Virus record (IMG/VR): IMGVR_UViG_3300035074_000077
Span: 6,802-70,801 of that record
Source of the DNA: a virus
Reading direction: 5' to 3' (one strand)
Length of the DNA stretch: 64,000 nucleotides
Below, one piece after another: positions 26,365 to 36,293 of the stretch. Every line of letters starts with the position of its first letter. Within the stretch, counting starts at the first letter, position 1. The notes below the pieces were generated by a model that worked only from the letters and a program-made list of their open reading frames with translations, was not told where the DNA came from and searched no databases. Position numbers and translations under genes: made by a program.

Positions 26365-27690
26365 TCAGAACAGCGGCTCGTCCATCCGGATCGGCGGCGG
26401 CGGTTCCTCCCGCTGTTCGCCGCGCGCGTTCCCGGCGCTGTCCGGCCGGCGCGCGAATCCGCGCACCTTTTTCCCGGTCAGCCATACGAACGGATTTTGC
26501 CGCATGATGATGTTGAGCTGCATCAGCCGCTCCCCGTGTCGCTTCATCGCCTGCGACAGCTTGTCCTGCCGCTTCTTCGGATCTGCCTCATCGGCGCCGT
26601 CAAACGCCATGCCGGCGAAGACCTCGCCGAGCCGCTTCCACTTCACGACGCGCGTTCCCGCCGGCAGGCCGAGCGCTGGCGGCGCGTCCTCGCCGTGGTC
26701 GCTGAGCGCGCGATAGATCGCGCGCAAGAAAACCTCGCATTGCGGAGTCAGTCGCGTCCCGGCATCCGTCGCCTTCGCGGTCTCTCCCGGCTCGCCATCC
26801 GTGTTCGGCTCCCGGACGACGCAGCTCGTCACCGCCTCGCCGTCGGAGTCCTTTCCGATCTCGACGGCGGGCAGAACGAAGCGCCATTTCCGGCCGCTCT
26901 CGCCGTCCTTCTGCTTCGCCAGCTCGATCTCTCGAATAGCGCGCCGGTCAACGTCCATTTCATCGAGCTTCTCGACCTTCAGGACCGAGTCCAGATTGGC
27001 GAGGATCGAGGTGTGGCCGCGCGGCTTCTGCCCGCCCGAGTTCATATGGTGGACCAGCATCACAGCGCAGGCGCATTCCTGCGCGATGCGCTCGCAGCGC
27101 GCCAAGACGGGCCCGACGTCTTTCGAGGAGTTCTCATCAGCCCCTGGCGTCGCCGTCGAAAGCGTGTCGATGACGACGAGCTCCAAAGGGCTGTCGAAGG
27201 TCGAAGCCCAATGCTTCGCCTCTGCGATCAGCGCCGTCGTCGCGTCATCGCCGGCATAGAGATCGACCGGCGCCGGGAGGAGCACGAAGGGCAGCTCGAC
27301 CTGCGACTCGAGCCCATGCTCGATGCGATATGCCCTGAGACGTTTCTTGATCCCGCGGCCGCCCTCTCCGGCCTGATAGACGACGCCGCCGCGCCGAACC
27401 TTTGCGCCGAACCATGGCACGCCTCGGACGATCGCCATCGCGAGGTCGATCGCGAGAAAGCTCTTCCCGGATTGTGAGGCGCCGACCATCATCGTGCGCT
27501 CGCCTCGCGTGATGACACCCTTTACGAGCCATTCATGCTCCGGGCCCGGCATGTCCAGCTCCGTCCAGCGGACGGCACGGAACTTCGACTGATACGGCGG
27601 CGGACGCAGGTAGGGCTCGCTTGTCAGAATAAACTCTTCAAGCGTCTGGGGCTGCGGGAGCGGGTCTAGGACGGTAGGCGCTGCGCTCAT
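26365..27690 (-). CDS. RepA-like SF4 (AAA_25) helicase
   Basis: GASQSGKS, LVVIDTL, LVHH..RGHTS, KQKDGE. Confidence 0.92.
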   Translation of the reverse strand: MSAAPTVLDPLPQPQTLEEFILTSEPYLRPPPYQSKFRAVRWTELDMPGPEHEWLVKGVITRGERTMMVGASQSGKSFLAIDLAMAIVRGVPWFGAKVRRGGVVYQAGEGGRGIKKRLRAYRIEHGLESQVELPFVLLPAPVDLYAGDDATTALIAEAKHWASTFDSPLELVVIDTLSTATPGADENSSKDVGPVLARCERIAQECACAVMLVHHMNSGGQKPRGHTSILANLDSVLKVEKLDEMDVDRRAIREIELAKQKDGESGRKWRFVLPAVEIGKDSDGEAVTSCVVREPNTDGEPGETAKATDAGTRLTPQCEVFLRAIYRALSDHGEDAPPALGLPAGTRVVKWKRLGEVFAGMAFDGADEADPKKRQDKLSQAMKRHGERLMQLNIIMRQNPFVWLTGKKVRGFARRPDSAGNARGEQREEPPPPIRMDEPLF

Positions 27691-28085
27691 TCTGCCGCCC
27701 TCCCGCGCGCAACCTCGCGCGCCACCGCCGCGCGCGTCTCCTTGCGCAGCGCCGCCAGCGCATCGGCATGCGCCCGCAGCGTCGCCTCCACGGCTGAGAT
27801 ATTGCCGAATGCGGCGACAAGCTCGGCGTCGCCGAGATCGGCGAGCATCAGCGCCGCCTGCACGATCATCTCGCGCGAGGCGACCGAATGGCCGCGCACA
27901 TTGTTGCAGGCCGCATGAGCCGGAAACACCAGCCCGAGCGCGGTCGCGCGCGGCAGGGCCCGCGAGAACGTTTGCGGCGTGAAATGATCGGCGGTATGCG
28001 CCTCGACGATCGCGCCGCCGCAGATCACGCAGCGATCGGGGAAGCGCGCGGAGATGCGCCGCGCTGCGCGTCCTTTCGCGCTCAT
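27687..28085 (-). CDS. HNH endonuclease
   Basis: CVICG..TADHFTP..AHAACNNVRG. Confidence 0.75.
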   Translation of the reverse strand: MSAKGRAARRISARFPDRCVICGGAIVEAHTADHFTPQTFSRALPRATALGLVFPAHAACNNVRGHSVASREMIVQAALMLADLGDAELVAAFGNISAVEATLRAHADALAALRKETRAAVAREVARGRAAE

Positions 28086-28177
28086 TCGGCCGGGCCCCTC
28101 CGTAGCGCCGCATCGAGCCGCGCGCCGCGGCAAATCGACAGGAACCGGATGGGCTCTATGTCATGGGCTCCCGCCAT
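28082..28177 (-). pseudogene. Possible deletion remnant of a C5 DNA methyltransferase
   Basis: 31-aa ORF coupled at both ends: MAGAHDIEPIRFLSICRGARLDAALRRGPAE. Confidence 0.35.
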
Positions 28178-28938
28178 CAGAGCAGCGCCCCTGTCGTCGC
28201 GGGCGCCCACTTTTCTTTATCGGCGAGGATCTGCTCCCACGCCGTCGGATGCTGCGCCTTGAAGTCCGGTATGCGAGGCCCTGCGACATAGCCGCCCTCC
28301 CCCTTCACCAGCCATCCGGTGTAGGGATCGGTCCAGCGCGTCGGGGAGAGCCGGAGCGCCTTGAAGTCGTTCCGCGTCACCGGGCGCTCGGAGAGCAAGA
28401 TCGCGAGCTTGATCGCTTGGATCTTCCAATGCGTCAGAGCGACCGGAGCGGACGCGCCGGCGACCACATCCGGGACATATTCGGGGAGAGCGAGGCGCTT
28501 CGCCGGGCACCAGTCGTGCCAGTGCTTATCCGTCCATTCCCTCGCACCATCCGGAAGGTCCGGCAACATGGCCGGACCTTGAACCGAATATCGTCTTTCC
28601 TCGCGCGGGCGCGGCGGTCGGCACGAGATCACCGTGACGCCGAGCGCGGCGCAGATCGGCGCCAGCCCTTTGGTCGCATCCGCCGGCACCAGCACAGCGC
28701 GATAATCAGGACCATCGACGCACCAATGGTCCGATGCGCCATGCAGCGCCTGGCAGAGCACGGTCGGGTTCAGAGCGAGCTTTGCCTCGATCCCGATCTG
28801 AGCGCCGTCCGAAGAGCGAACTAGAACGATATCGAAGCCGCAGGTCTCGGCATAGGCGACCCACCCATTCTCGCGCCGCGCGACTTCCTCGAGGAACGCG
28901 GCGCATAGATCGGTTTCTTTGGCGAAGAGCTTGCTCAT
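28177..28938 (-). CDS. PD-(D/E)xK-like hypothetical protein
   Basis: AET..FDIV..IGIEAK motif. Confidence 0.6.
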   Translation of the reverse strand: MSKLFAKETDLCAAFLEEVARRENGWVAYAETCGFDIVLVRSSDGAQIGIEAKLALNPTVLCQALHGASDHWCVDGPDYRAVLVPADATKGLAPICAALGVTVISCRPPRPREERRYSVQGPAMLPDLPDGAREWTDKHWHDWCPAKRLALPEYVPDVVAGASAPVALTHWKIQAIKLAILLSERPVTRNDFKALRLSPTRWTDPYTGWLVKGEGGYVAGPRIPDFKAQHPTAWEQILADKEKWAPATTGALL

Positions 28939-29138
28939 GCGCTCTCCTTTGCCTTCGCGCGGCGCCGCTCATTCCGCAGCGCGTGAAGGACTCGCGCGAC
29001 TTGGCGCTCGTACATGCCCAGCGCGTAAGCGATCTCGCAGGAATCAAGGCCGAGTTCGAAAAAGCTCGTCTCGATCGCGGCGACACTCGCGCTGCGCCGG
29101 TCATCAGGCATGAGCAGATAGGAATCGTCGAGCGCCAT
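28935..29138 (-). CDS. Small HTH-like protein
   Basis: DSCEIAYALGMYERQVARVL; coupled. Confidence 0.5.
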   Translation of the reverse strand: MALDDSYLLMPDDRRSASVAAIETSFFELGLDSCEIAYALGMYERQVARVLHALRNERRRAKAKESA

Positions 29139-29464
29139 TATGCAGTCTCCCTCTCCCGCTTCCTTCGCTTCAACCTCGACCCGGCCCGCATCACCGTGAC
29201 GAGCGCGTGGTCTCTGAACGCGTATTTCACGCCGCCGCTCACCAGACTCCTGGCGCCAGCATTCGCCGCATCGGCGCAGTCCCGCATCAGCGTCTCTTTG
29301 ACTCGCTCGATGAGCGCAGGCTCTTCCTGCTCGAGCAAAACGACCAGCGCGGAATCGCTGAACACGCGCACGGTCGCCGGCCGCAGCCGCTGGCGAGCGG
29401 CCTCGATATCGAAGCCCTCGACGCGTTCCAGGTAACGGAGGATGGCGTGTGGCGCGATCATCAT
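29138..29464 (-). CDS. Hypothetical phage protein
   Basis: HAILRYLERVEGFDIEA motif; coupled. Confidence 0.65.
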   Translation of the reverse strand: MMIAPHAILRYLERVEGFDIEAARQRLRPATVRVFSDSALVVLLEQEEPALIERVKETLMRDCADAANAGARSLVSGGVKYAFRDHALVTVMRAGSRLKRRKRERETA

Positions 29465-29609
29465 GGCGCGACTGCCCTCCCCTGCCGGCGTGCCGCCTTG
29501 GCGCGCGCTCTGGCGCGCCGAAGCATTTTCGATGGTGTCCGCACGATGATGACCTCCCGAGTGAATGACCGCCCGTCACGCCGGAACTGAAACCTCACGC
29601 GGCTGATCA

Positions 29610-30368
29610 TCAGAATTTTCGCTCGCGCTCCATGCGCCGCAGGCATTCCTCCGGCGTCTCGTTCGGAAGAAGGTCGTAGCCGCAACCGACGCAGCCACCC
29701 TTCCACGATCCCGAGCGTTCGCCGACCTCGCCGTTGAACGTCACGTCGATGCTGCGCCTGATCCTGCGCGGGAACGAGAGCCACATGAACCAGCGCCACC
29801 GGCACTCGTATTCGTCGACCACCACCGTCGCGATGCGCTCCTGGATCTCGCCCGAATGCAGGACGTAGCGATAGGGGAGCTCGACGCGCCAGCGCGGCAA
29901 TTCGCTGATGAAGAACCATCTGTCCTGATCGCTCGCAGGGAGTCCGATCGGCGGTTCGCCGTGCTTCGCCCGAAGGCTCGCGAGTTCGCTGATCCACGAT
30001 CGCCCATCCGCAGCGAGGATCGAATGACGATAGAACTCCCATGCCCACGGGAAGTGAACGATCTTCGTCCTCGCGCCCCAATGCAGGTGAACGCAGGACA
30101 GGTTGTCCTTGTCTAGCGAGAAGCCCCACGAGTCGGACATATCGTCGACGGGCTTGCGAGGGGCGATCGGCAGGCGAATGAAAAAGTTCGGCCAGCCGAT
30201 ATGGACATGCAGGCTCCAATGGCCGTCATCGTATTCCCAATTGATGAGATCGAGCGCGATTCCGAATCCGCCGGTGATCTCGACGTTGCGCGACTTCAGC
30301 CGCCACGCGCGCCCTCTGTCGACAAGGCGGAATCCGGAAGCCTTCAAGAGCGTGTCGACGAATGCCAT
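29610..30368 (-). CDS. Hypothetical phage protein
   Basis: GAAGGTG RBS; EVGERSGSWKGGCVGC C-terminal motif. Confidence 0.7.
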   Translation of the reverse strand: MAFVDTLLKASGFRLVDRGRAWRLKSRNVEITGGFGIALDLINWEYDDGHWSLHVHIGWPNFFIRLPIAPRKPVDDMSDSWGFSLDKDNLSCVHLHWGARTKIVHFPWAWEFYRHSILAADGRSWISELASLRAKHGEPPIGLPASDQDRWFFISELPRWRVELPYRYVLHSGEIQERIATVVVDEYECRWRWFMWLSFPRRIRRSIDVTFNGEVGERSGSWKGGCVGCGYDLLPNETPEECLRRMERERKF

Positions 30369-30390
30369 TTCACCTTCTCCTATGTGAAAA

Positions 30391-30666
30391 CTATCGCCGC
30401 CGTGACGACGAATAATCGCGCGGCTGATCGCCCAGATCCTCCAGCGTCGCGCGCATCGCCGCCACGATCTGCGGCTTCCGCGTTTCGAACAGCACGAGCA
30501 ACCTCACGATCACATCGAGCCGCACCTCTCGATGCGAGCCCCATGGCGCGCGATGCTCCGTTGTGTCTTTGTGCATATTCTGCAACTCGTCGAGGATCTG
30601 GTCGTAGCTGTAGCGCCTCGGCGAGGTCGCGACTTCGTGCGCTCGTTCGGCGGGTGTGCTGCTCAT
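30391..30666 (-). CDS. Hypothetical protein
   Basis: ATGA-coupled to the methyltransferase. Confidence 0.5.
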   Translation of the reverse strand: MSSTPAERAHEVATSPRRYSYDQILDELQNMHKDTTEHRAPWGSHREVRLDVIVRLLVLFETRKPQIVAAMRATLEDLGDQPRDYSSSRRR

Positions 30667-32225
30667 CGCGCCGCCCTCTTCATCGTCACGATGCATGTAT
30701 TGACGTTCGTCCCGCTCTCTCGAAACGAGCCTGCCGGCAAATCTCGGAATGAGCCGCAATACCGCTCGACGAGCGCGCGAAACGCGATAGCCTTGCGCGT
30801 CTCGCGGAACTCGGTTCCGGCGCTCATGATCGCGAAGAGGGAGCCGCCGGGCTTCAGAAATTCGAACGCGTGCGTCACATGGTCGATATCGCGCTCTCGG
30901 TCGAATGGCGGATTCATGACGACGAGGTCGTAGGGCTCGAACGCGCTCGGCCGCAGCGAGAGGAAATCGGCGCAGATGACGCGGTTGTAGATTCCTTTCG
31001 CCTCGAGACCGGCGGCAAGCTCGGGCTGGATTTCGACGCAATCGACGAGGTTGTCGAAGCGATACTCATTGGCGTAGCGCTCGCGCGTATATTCGTTCCA
31101 GCCGTTCATTTCGGCCGCCGAGTGGACGCAGCGCCGCGCGAGGTTCCCGGTCCCCGCCGATGGCTCTAGGATGCGCAGACGCGGCTCGTCCCTGCGTCGC
31201 AGGATCGGAATGCCTGAGACGCACCCGCGCCCGTTGAAAAGCTCCTCGACGGCCTCCGGCGGCGTCGGGAAGAATCCGAAGCGCCGGGACGGCGTGAGCT
31301 TGCGGTCCTGCAGCGGGTCCGCTTCCTGTGTCGCGCCGTCCGCAATGACCTCACCGTAATATTCGGCGAGCAGCTTGTTCACCTTCTCGACGAGGTCGTC
31401 GCGCGAAAACCAGAGGTGCGCATTGCCGTTCTTGTATGCGCGGATGCGGAAGTACGGCGTTTCGTGCTCGCTTTGCGCTCCGCCGAGCTTTGTCTTGCGT
31501 CGCGACAATTGATCGATGGCGGATTGAAACGAACCCTCGGGATGACCGTCCAGCACGGAAAAGACGCGCTCCACATCGATCAGCTTGTCCCGGATCCAGC
31601 CGCTATTGAGATAGCCGTAGCTGTCGAAAACATAGGTCAGAATGATGCGCGACCCGATCTTGAAGCCGTCGTGCGACTTGAAGCGACGATCGAGTTTCGA
31701 GAAGACGTTGGCGATCCCTCGGCAGAATATCATTCCAGCATCGCCGAAGAATTTTTCCAGCGTCGCATAGACGTTCTCGACCGTGATCGGAGGAAGCCCC
31801 TTCTCCATTTCCTTTTGATTGATAATCTGCCCGTACCCGTTGACCTTGTCCGGGACGTAGGCCATTTGGGCGCGAAGCTGCTCCTTCGCCTCATTGTCCA
31901 TGAGCCGCTCGAGTTCCGACATCTTGACGATGTTCGCCCAGGCGCCGTTCCCTAGCAGCTTGCGCGCGGTCCGCATGTAGCGGTCGCGCGGCGGGAGATT
32001 GAGCGCGTTGCGGAACTGCGCGATCTCTTCCGCCCCAGCGCCGCCGAATGTGCGTAGCTGGCCCCTGTCCGCGTCGTGCGCGCGCTCGTGCGCGGCGCGC
32101 AACGCCTCTTGCGCGATCTCCAGCGCATCGAAGGCGCGCTCATAGAGCACAAGCGCTTCGTCGTGCGCGCGCACGATATCCTCGACCGTCTGGCGAGGGA
32201 TCGGGAGGGCCGGCCCTGCGCTCAT
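30663..32225 (-). CDS. DUF4942-domain amino (N6A-type) methyltransferase
   Basis: FFPTP, ILEPSAGTG, MNPPF; N-terminal YFRIRAYKNGNAHLWF. Confidence 0.88.
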   Translation of the reverse strand: MSAGPALPIPRQTVEDIVRAHDEALVLYERAFDALEIAQEALRAAHERAHDADRGQLRTFGGAGAEEIAQFRNALNLPPRDRYMRTARKLLGNGAWANIVKMSELERLMDNEAKEQLRAQMAYVPDKVNGYGQIINQKEMEKGLPPITVENVYATLEKFFGDAGMIFCRGIANVFSKLDRRFKSHDGFKIGSRIILTYVFDSYGYLNSGWIRDKLIDVERVFSVLDGHPEGSFQSAIDQLSRRKTKLGGAQSEHETPYFRIRAYKNGNAHLWFSRDDLVEKVNKLLAEYYGEVIADGATQEADPLQDRKLTPSRRFGFFPTPPEAVEELFNGRGCVSGIPILRRRDEPRLRILEPSAGTGNLARRCVHSAAEMNGWNEYTRERYANEYRFDNLVDCVEIQPELAAGLEAKGIYNRVICADFLSLRPSAFEPYDLVVMNPPFDRERDIDHVTHAFEFLKPGGSLFAIMSAGTEFRETRKAIAFRALVERYCGSFRDLPAGSFRESGTNVNTCIVTMKRAAR

Positions 32226-33424
32226 GCCGCCGCCCTCTGCCGGCGCGACAGCAAGACGTCGTTCCAATCGGACCCGTCCGGAGCTAAATGAACGAGCACC
32301 TCGAGCCCGAGGCGCCGGAACCGCTCGGCTCCCGTCGCCAGCATCGCGCGTGTCATCGCAGGGTCGCTGTCTCCGTCACCGATCAGGATGAGGCGGCGGA
32401 CGCCGGCCGGAACCCACATCGCTCCGCTCGACATGTCCGGGTCGCCGTTGGGAATCGTCGCGTTGGCGTGTCCCCTCGGCGGCCGAGGATGCGGCTTCGT
32501 CCCGGTCGCGCTCCCACACATGTTCCCAAGGCTATAGGCCGCCGCGATCGCCGCGCCGGCGGCAGCCTCCCCAAACTCGCCATCGCGCGCCATCGCGCGC
32601 CAGCTGCACGCCGTCTCGATCCCCTCGGCGACGGCGAGCGTCTCGGCCGGCTCGCTCAACAGGATGAGCCCGCCGCCCATCCTGAACGCGCCCTTCTTCG
32701 CCTTGTTGCGCTTCCTGTCGCCGGGCGGGCGCAGCTTCATCGGTCCCGCCGGGTCGAGATAGGTCCGATGGACGCCCTGCAATGATCCGTCCGGTGCGCG
32801 CATCGCCGCGAGCATGCAGTCGAAGACGCCGAGCTCCACCTCCTCTTGGGAGTCGGAATCGACGAACCCGCGATAGGAGAGATTGTGGACGAACCGCAGA
32901 TCCGCAGTCGAAAACGTGTGAAGAAAGATCCCGCGCCTTTCCAAATAATCGTCCGCGGCCGTGAGTTCGATCGGGCGCCCCTGAGAGAACAGCCTCTCGG
33001 CGCGCTCTGCCCCGGCCCGCTTCTCTGCCGCCTCTTGCTCGCGGCGCGCGATCTCTTCGTCCCGGCGCTCTTCTTTGCGCTCCTTATCGATCGCCGGGTC
33101 ACGCTGGCGCGCGCTCTCCTTCGGATCGCGATCGGGCGCCGACTCGTCGAGGATCGCTTCGCAGATGCGGATGAAGTCTCTCTTCGGATCGAGCCCTTGT
33201 ATGTGCGCCGCCATGTCGATGACGCCGCCGCCGCCGAAGCCACGGCAATTGAAAACGCGCTCGCGTGTGTTCACGCTGAAGCGATCGGAACCGCCACAGA
33301 CCGGGCACGGGCCCGCCAGTTCCGCGGCGCCCGCCTTCTTCAGCTTCGCGCCCATCGCTTCCGCAACGGCGCGGATATCGGCGCTCTTCGCGCGCTCGAC
33401 GAATGAGTCCCGGTCTTCGCTCAT
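32222..33424 (-). CDS. Phage primase (Zn finger + Toprim)
   Basis: GPCPVCGGSDRF..FNCRG; VHRTYL; AEGIETA; IGDGD. Confidence 0.9.
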   Translation of the reverse strand: MSEDRDSFVERAKSADIRAVAEAMGAKLKKAGAAELAGPCPVCGGSDRFSVNTRERVFNCRGFGGGGVIDMAAHIQGLDPKRDFIRICEAILDESAPDRDPKESARQRDPAIDKERKEERRDEEIARREQEAAEKRAGAERAERLFSQGRPIELTAADDYLERRGIFLHTFSTADLRFVHNLSYRGFVDSDSQEEVELGVFDCMLAAMRAPDGSLQGVHRTYLDPAGPMKLRPPGDRKRNKAKKGAFRMGGGLILLSEPAETLAVAEGIETACSWRAMARDGEFGEAAAGAAIAAAYSLGNMCGSATGTKPHPRPPRGHANATIPNGDPDMSSGAMWVPAGVRRLILIGDGDSDPAMTRAMLATGAERFRRLGLEVLVHLAPDGSDWNDVLLSRRQRAAA

Positions 33425-34350
33425 CGGCGCGGCTCCGGGAATTCTCTGACGAGAAGATCGTCCGGTAGCGGCCTCTTGCCGACGTTCTGTTTGCCAAAGA
33501 ATGGAACGCCGGCCGCGCGACATTGGGAAAGCAAGGCGCGTGCGTTCAGTTCGAAGTCATTGTCGCGCGCGCCTGGGCCGCTCTCGCCGCCGGTGATGAC
33601 CCAGTCGAGGCCTTCGCACGGAGCGCCAGTCAGGTCGCACCGCTCGAAGCTCTCGCCGAGAGCGACATGCGTGCTCCCGCATATCGCCTCGCCCATCCAC
33701 ATTCTGAGATCGATTGGCCCGAGCAACGGCTCGCAGCTCACGCCGCGAACGGCGGCCGGCGTCGCGAGAAGATCGGGAATGCGCTCGTCGGCGCGGGGCT
33801 GATCCTCCGCCGTCACGCCGAGCCATACGTTGGGGAGCGGCCACTTCTCGATCGATAGGCACGGCGACTCGCGGGGCGCGAACGTCAAGCCGAGATGCTC
33901 AAGCGGCTGGTTGACCTGAGCCATGTCATACACTTGCTGCGCGACACGCGCGTTCGCCGCCTCGAAGTATTCCCGCATCCGCTTCGGCCGCTTTGTCAGC
34001 ACCTGGAATGTATGCTGCGGCGACAGCGCCATCACCGCGAAGACGCGGTCGATCCATTCGTCCGGCACGCTCTCGTGAAATAGATCGCTCATCGAGTTCA
34101 CGAAGATGCGGCGGGGCTTTTTCCAGTGCAGCGGCTTCAGCAGCACGCTCTCGGGCGCCTGCTTCAGAACGCCGGTCCACACCGCCTTGCCGTTAAGGAC
34201 CTGCGTCGTGCCGGCATAATGCGACGCAGACGTCATGCGTTCGATCCGCGCGGCCATCACCATCGCGTAGCAGTTCGTGCAGGCCGGGGACACGAGGCTG
34301 CAGCCGACGATCGGGTCCCATGTCTCATCACACCACTCGATCTTTGACAT
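33421..34350 (-). CDS. Gp37Gp68 / DUF5131 radical-SAM-like protein
   Basis: IEWCDETWDPIVGC..SPACTNCYA; FVNSMSDLFH; WVITGGESG. Confidence 0.92.
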   Translation of the reverse strand: MSKIEWCDETWDPIVGCSLVSPACTNCYAMVMAARIERMTSASHYAGTTQVLNGKAVWTGVLKQAPESVLLKPLHWKKPRRIFVNSMSDLFHESVPDEWIDRVFAVMALSPQHTFQVLTKRPKRMREYFEAANARVAQQVYDMAQVNQPLEHLGLTFAPRESPCLSIEKWPLPNVWLGVTAEDQPRADERIPDLLATPAAVRGVSCEPLLGPIDLRMWMGEAICGSTHVALGESFERCDLTGAPCEGLDWVITGGESGPGARDNDFELNARALLSQCRAAGVPFFGKQNVGKRPLPDDLLVREFPEPRR

Positions 34351-34913
34351 TAGAGCGTCCCCATCGCTGCGAGATATTCGATCATGAGCACTTTTGGCTC
34401 CGGCGCATGGTTATCGATCCAATCATCAAGATCACGATTGCGCTTGCGGCTATTGCAGCTAGAGCAGGCTGGAACCATGTTCCCGGCTCGGCTTGACCCA
34501 CCATGCGTTACGGCGATGGCGTGATCCCATGTCGTCGCTGGCGCGGGGCAATAAGCGCATTCGCCGTCGAACATTTCTAGAAGCATTTCCGCCGATGATG
34601 GCGCGATACGATCTACGGCCCGACGGCGAAAGTCGCGCTGGTTCTTCCGATATTCTCGAAAGCCTTCATCAGCGGCATATCTGGCCCGCTCCTCAGCGGC
34701 GAGGCAATCGCGGCAGGCGCCTTGACGGACCGAGTCTGCCACTAGCCATTCACGGCAGCCGCGGCACCATTTAAGACCTTCTGCCGCCTTGCGCCGTCGC
34801 TCCTGTTGTCCGGGCCTGCTCGGCTCGGCGCGGCAATAGAAGCGCGTTCTCCGACCGCCTCTGTCGACCATCGCCGTCGCATCCGTCCATTCGATTCCCG
34901 TGGCGTCAGACAT
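34350..34913 (-). CDS. HNH endonuclease with DUF5131-like N-terminal peptide
   Basis: CAYC..WDH..NMVPACSSCNSRK; starts MSDATGIEWTDAT. Confidence 0.85.
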   Translation of the reverse strand: MSDATGIEWTDATAMVDRGGRRTRFYCRAEPSRPGQQERRRKAAEGLKWCRGCREWLVADSVRQGACRDCLAAEERARYAADEGFREYRKNQRDFRRRAVDRIAPSSAEMLLEMFDGECAYCPAPATTWDHAIAVTHGGSSRAGNMVPACSSCNSRKRNRDLDDWIDNHAPEPKVLMIEYLAAMGTL

Positions 34914-35136
34914 TGGCCGCCTCCCACCCGTTCCAGGAGCGCCGAGTCAGCGGAACGATCGCGAGCCGCTCCTCATGCCGGACAGACTGCCATCGCCACA
35001 GCAGTCGCTCCGCAGCGCGCCAACAATCGCGCTCCGACTTCTCGTTCCGCCCATCGAAAGCGACGGTCGAAAGCAGCGCCTCTCCGCCCGTGACGATGCC
35101 CAGATGCGTGACGCCTTCCATGCTCGTGCTCATCAT
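34906..35136 (-). CDS. Hypothetical protein
   Basis: Coupled small ORF. Confidence 0.5.
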   Translation of the reverse strand: MMSTSMEGVTHLGIVTGGEALLSTVAFDGRNEKSERDCWRAAERLLWRWQSVRHEERLAIVPLTRRSWNGWEAANV

Positions 35137-35438
35137 TTCTTGAATCCCAATGCGAGAAGCGAATGCTCCGGGACATCGTGCCCGGCGCCGACGCGATAGA
35201 CCGGCTCGCCTGTGCTGCGGACGTAGGCCACCGGCCACGGGCCTTTCCATCGGACCGGTCCTCCTTCGTCATCGAACGCGATGCGCGACTTCACCAAGTC
35301 GATAGTGGCCCGGACGTAAGATGCGTCAGCCTTGCTTCGGACCTTTAGAAGCTCGATCGCGATCGCCTCGCCCGTCATGCCTTCCCGCAGCATCCGATAG
35401 GCGATCTCGCGCATCGTGGAATTGGTGGGATCAGCCAT
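35133..35438 (-). CDS. Hypothetical protein
   Basis: Coupled ORF, 101 aa. Confidence 0.55.
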   Translation of the reverse strand: MADPTNSTMREIAYRMLREGMTGEAIAIELLKVRSKADASYVRATIDLVKSRIAFDDEGGPVRWKGPWPVAYVRSTGEPVYRVGAGHDVPEHSLLALGFKK

Positions 35439-35781
35439 GCTCGACGACTCCTCTCACGATCTCGCGGAGCCGCGCGCTGTCCTTCGCGACATACTCGACG
35501 ACGCGCGCCGCGATCATCTGCGGATCCACCCCATGCGGATCACAGACGCGCTCGATCTCGCTCATCGCCTCACGGGAGACGACGACCACGAATGCGGTTT
35601 GAGCATGCGTCTTCGGCACCAGCCGTATTCCGTGCAGGCGCAGGATTCTGAAAATTCGGCTCGTGTTCATTCCGCGCCCGAGCGCGTCCGCGATCTCCGC
35701 CGCAGACGATCCGGTGACCGCGAGACACGATGCGCGCAGGACCTCGCTGAACGGGTAGCGATGGCGGCGAGGATGTTTCAA
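35431..35781 (-). CDS. HTH-containing protein
   Basis: TTGA-coupled start; SAAEIADALG..RIFRIL. Confidence 0.5.
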   Translation of the reverse strand: MKHPRRHRYPFSEVLRASCLAVTGSSAAEIADALGRGMNTSRIFRILRLHGIRLVPKTHAQTAFVVVVSREAMSEIERVCDPHGVDPQMIAARVVEYVAKDSARLREIVRGVVEHG

Positions 35782-36293
35782 TTCGTCTGCCCTCCAACGA
35801 TACGCGGCGCCGCGAGGACTCCGAGCCCGGCAGATTGCGCCCGCGCCAGCGCGGCGCATGCCCTGTCTCCGGCTGCGAACAGGCACGTCCCTTGCGCTGG
35901 CGATTTGCCGGGACGGCCATCCCGCCCGATGAATTTGAGCTTCGGCGCCACGAACAGAATCGCGTCCGCTCGCCGCGCCGCGCGCTGCCACCACGGCGCC
36001 GAGGTTCGATCCGGCGCGAGTGCGATTCCGTTGGCATGAGCGAAGAAGCGATCGAGCCATGGCTCTATGCCGTTGCGACCGCCAAATGGCGGATTGAGCC
36101 AAACGAATCCGAACCATTCAGTAGTCAGCCCATCAGCGTTGACGCAATGCACGTTCTTGACCGGGATCCACGGCAGCTCTCGGTCGATCGGATATGCGGG
36201 GTCGAGATCGAACGTCTCGCCGAGCGCGACGAACACATGCGGCGGAGTGTACCACTCGCTAGTCGCGCCGACGGATTGCTCGTGAAGCGCCAT
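35778..36293 (-). CDS. Phage DNA N6-adenine methyltransferase (Dam-like)
   Basis: EWYTPP..FDLDPA..DGL..WLNPPF. Confidence 0.88.
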   Translation of the reverse strand: MALHEQSVGATSEWYTPPHVFVALGETFDLDPAYPIDRELPWIPVKNVHCVNADGLTTEWFGFVWLNPPFGGRNGIEPWLDRFFAHANGIALAPDRTSAPWWQRAARRADAILFVAPKLKFIGRDGRPGKSPAQGTCLFAAGDRACAALARAQSAGLGVLAAPRIVGGQTN

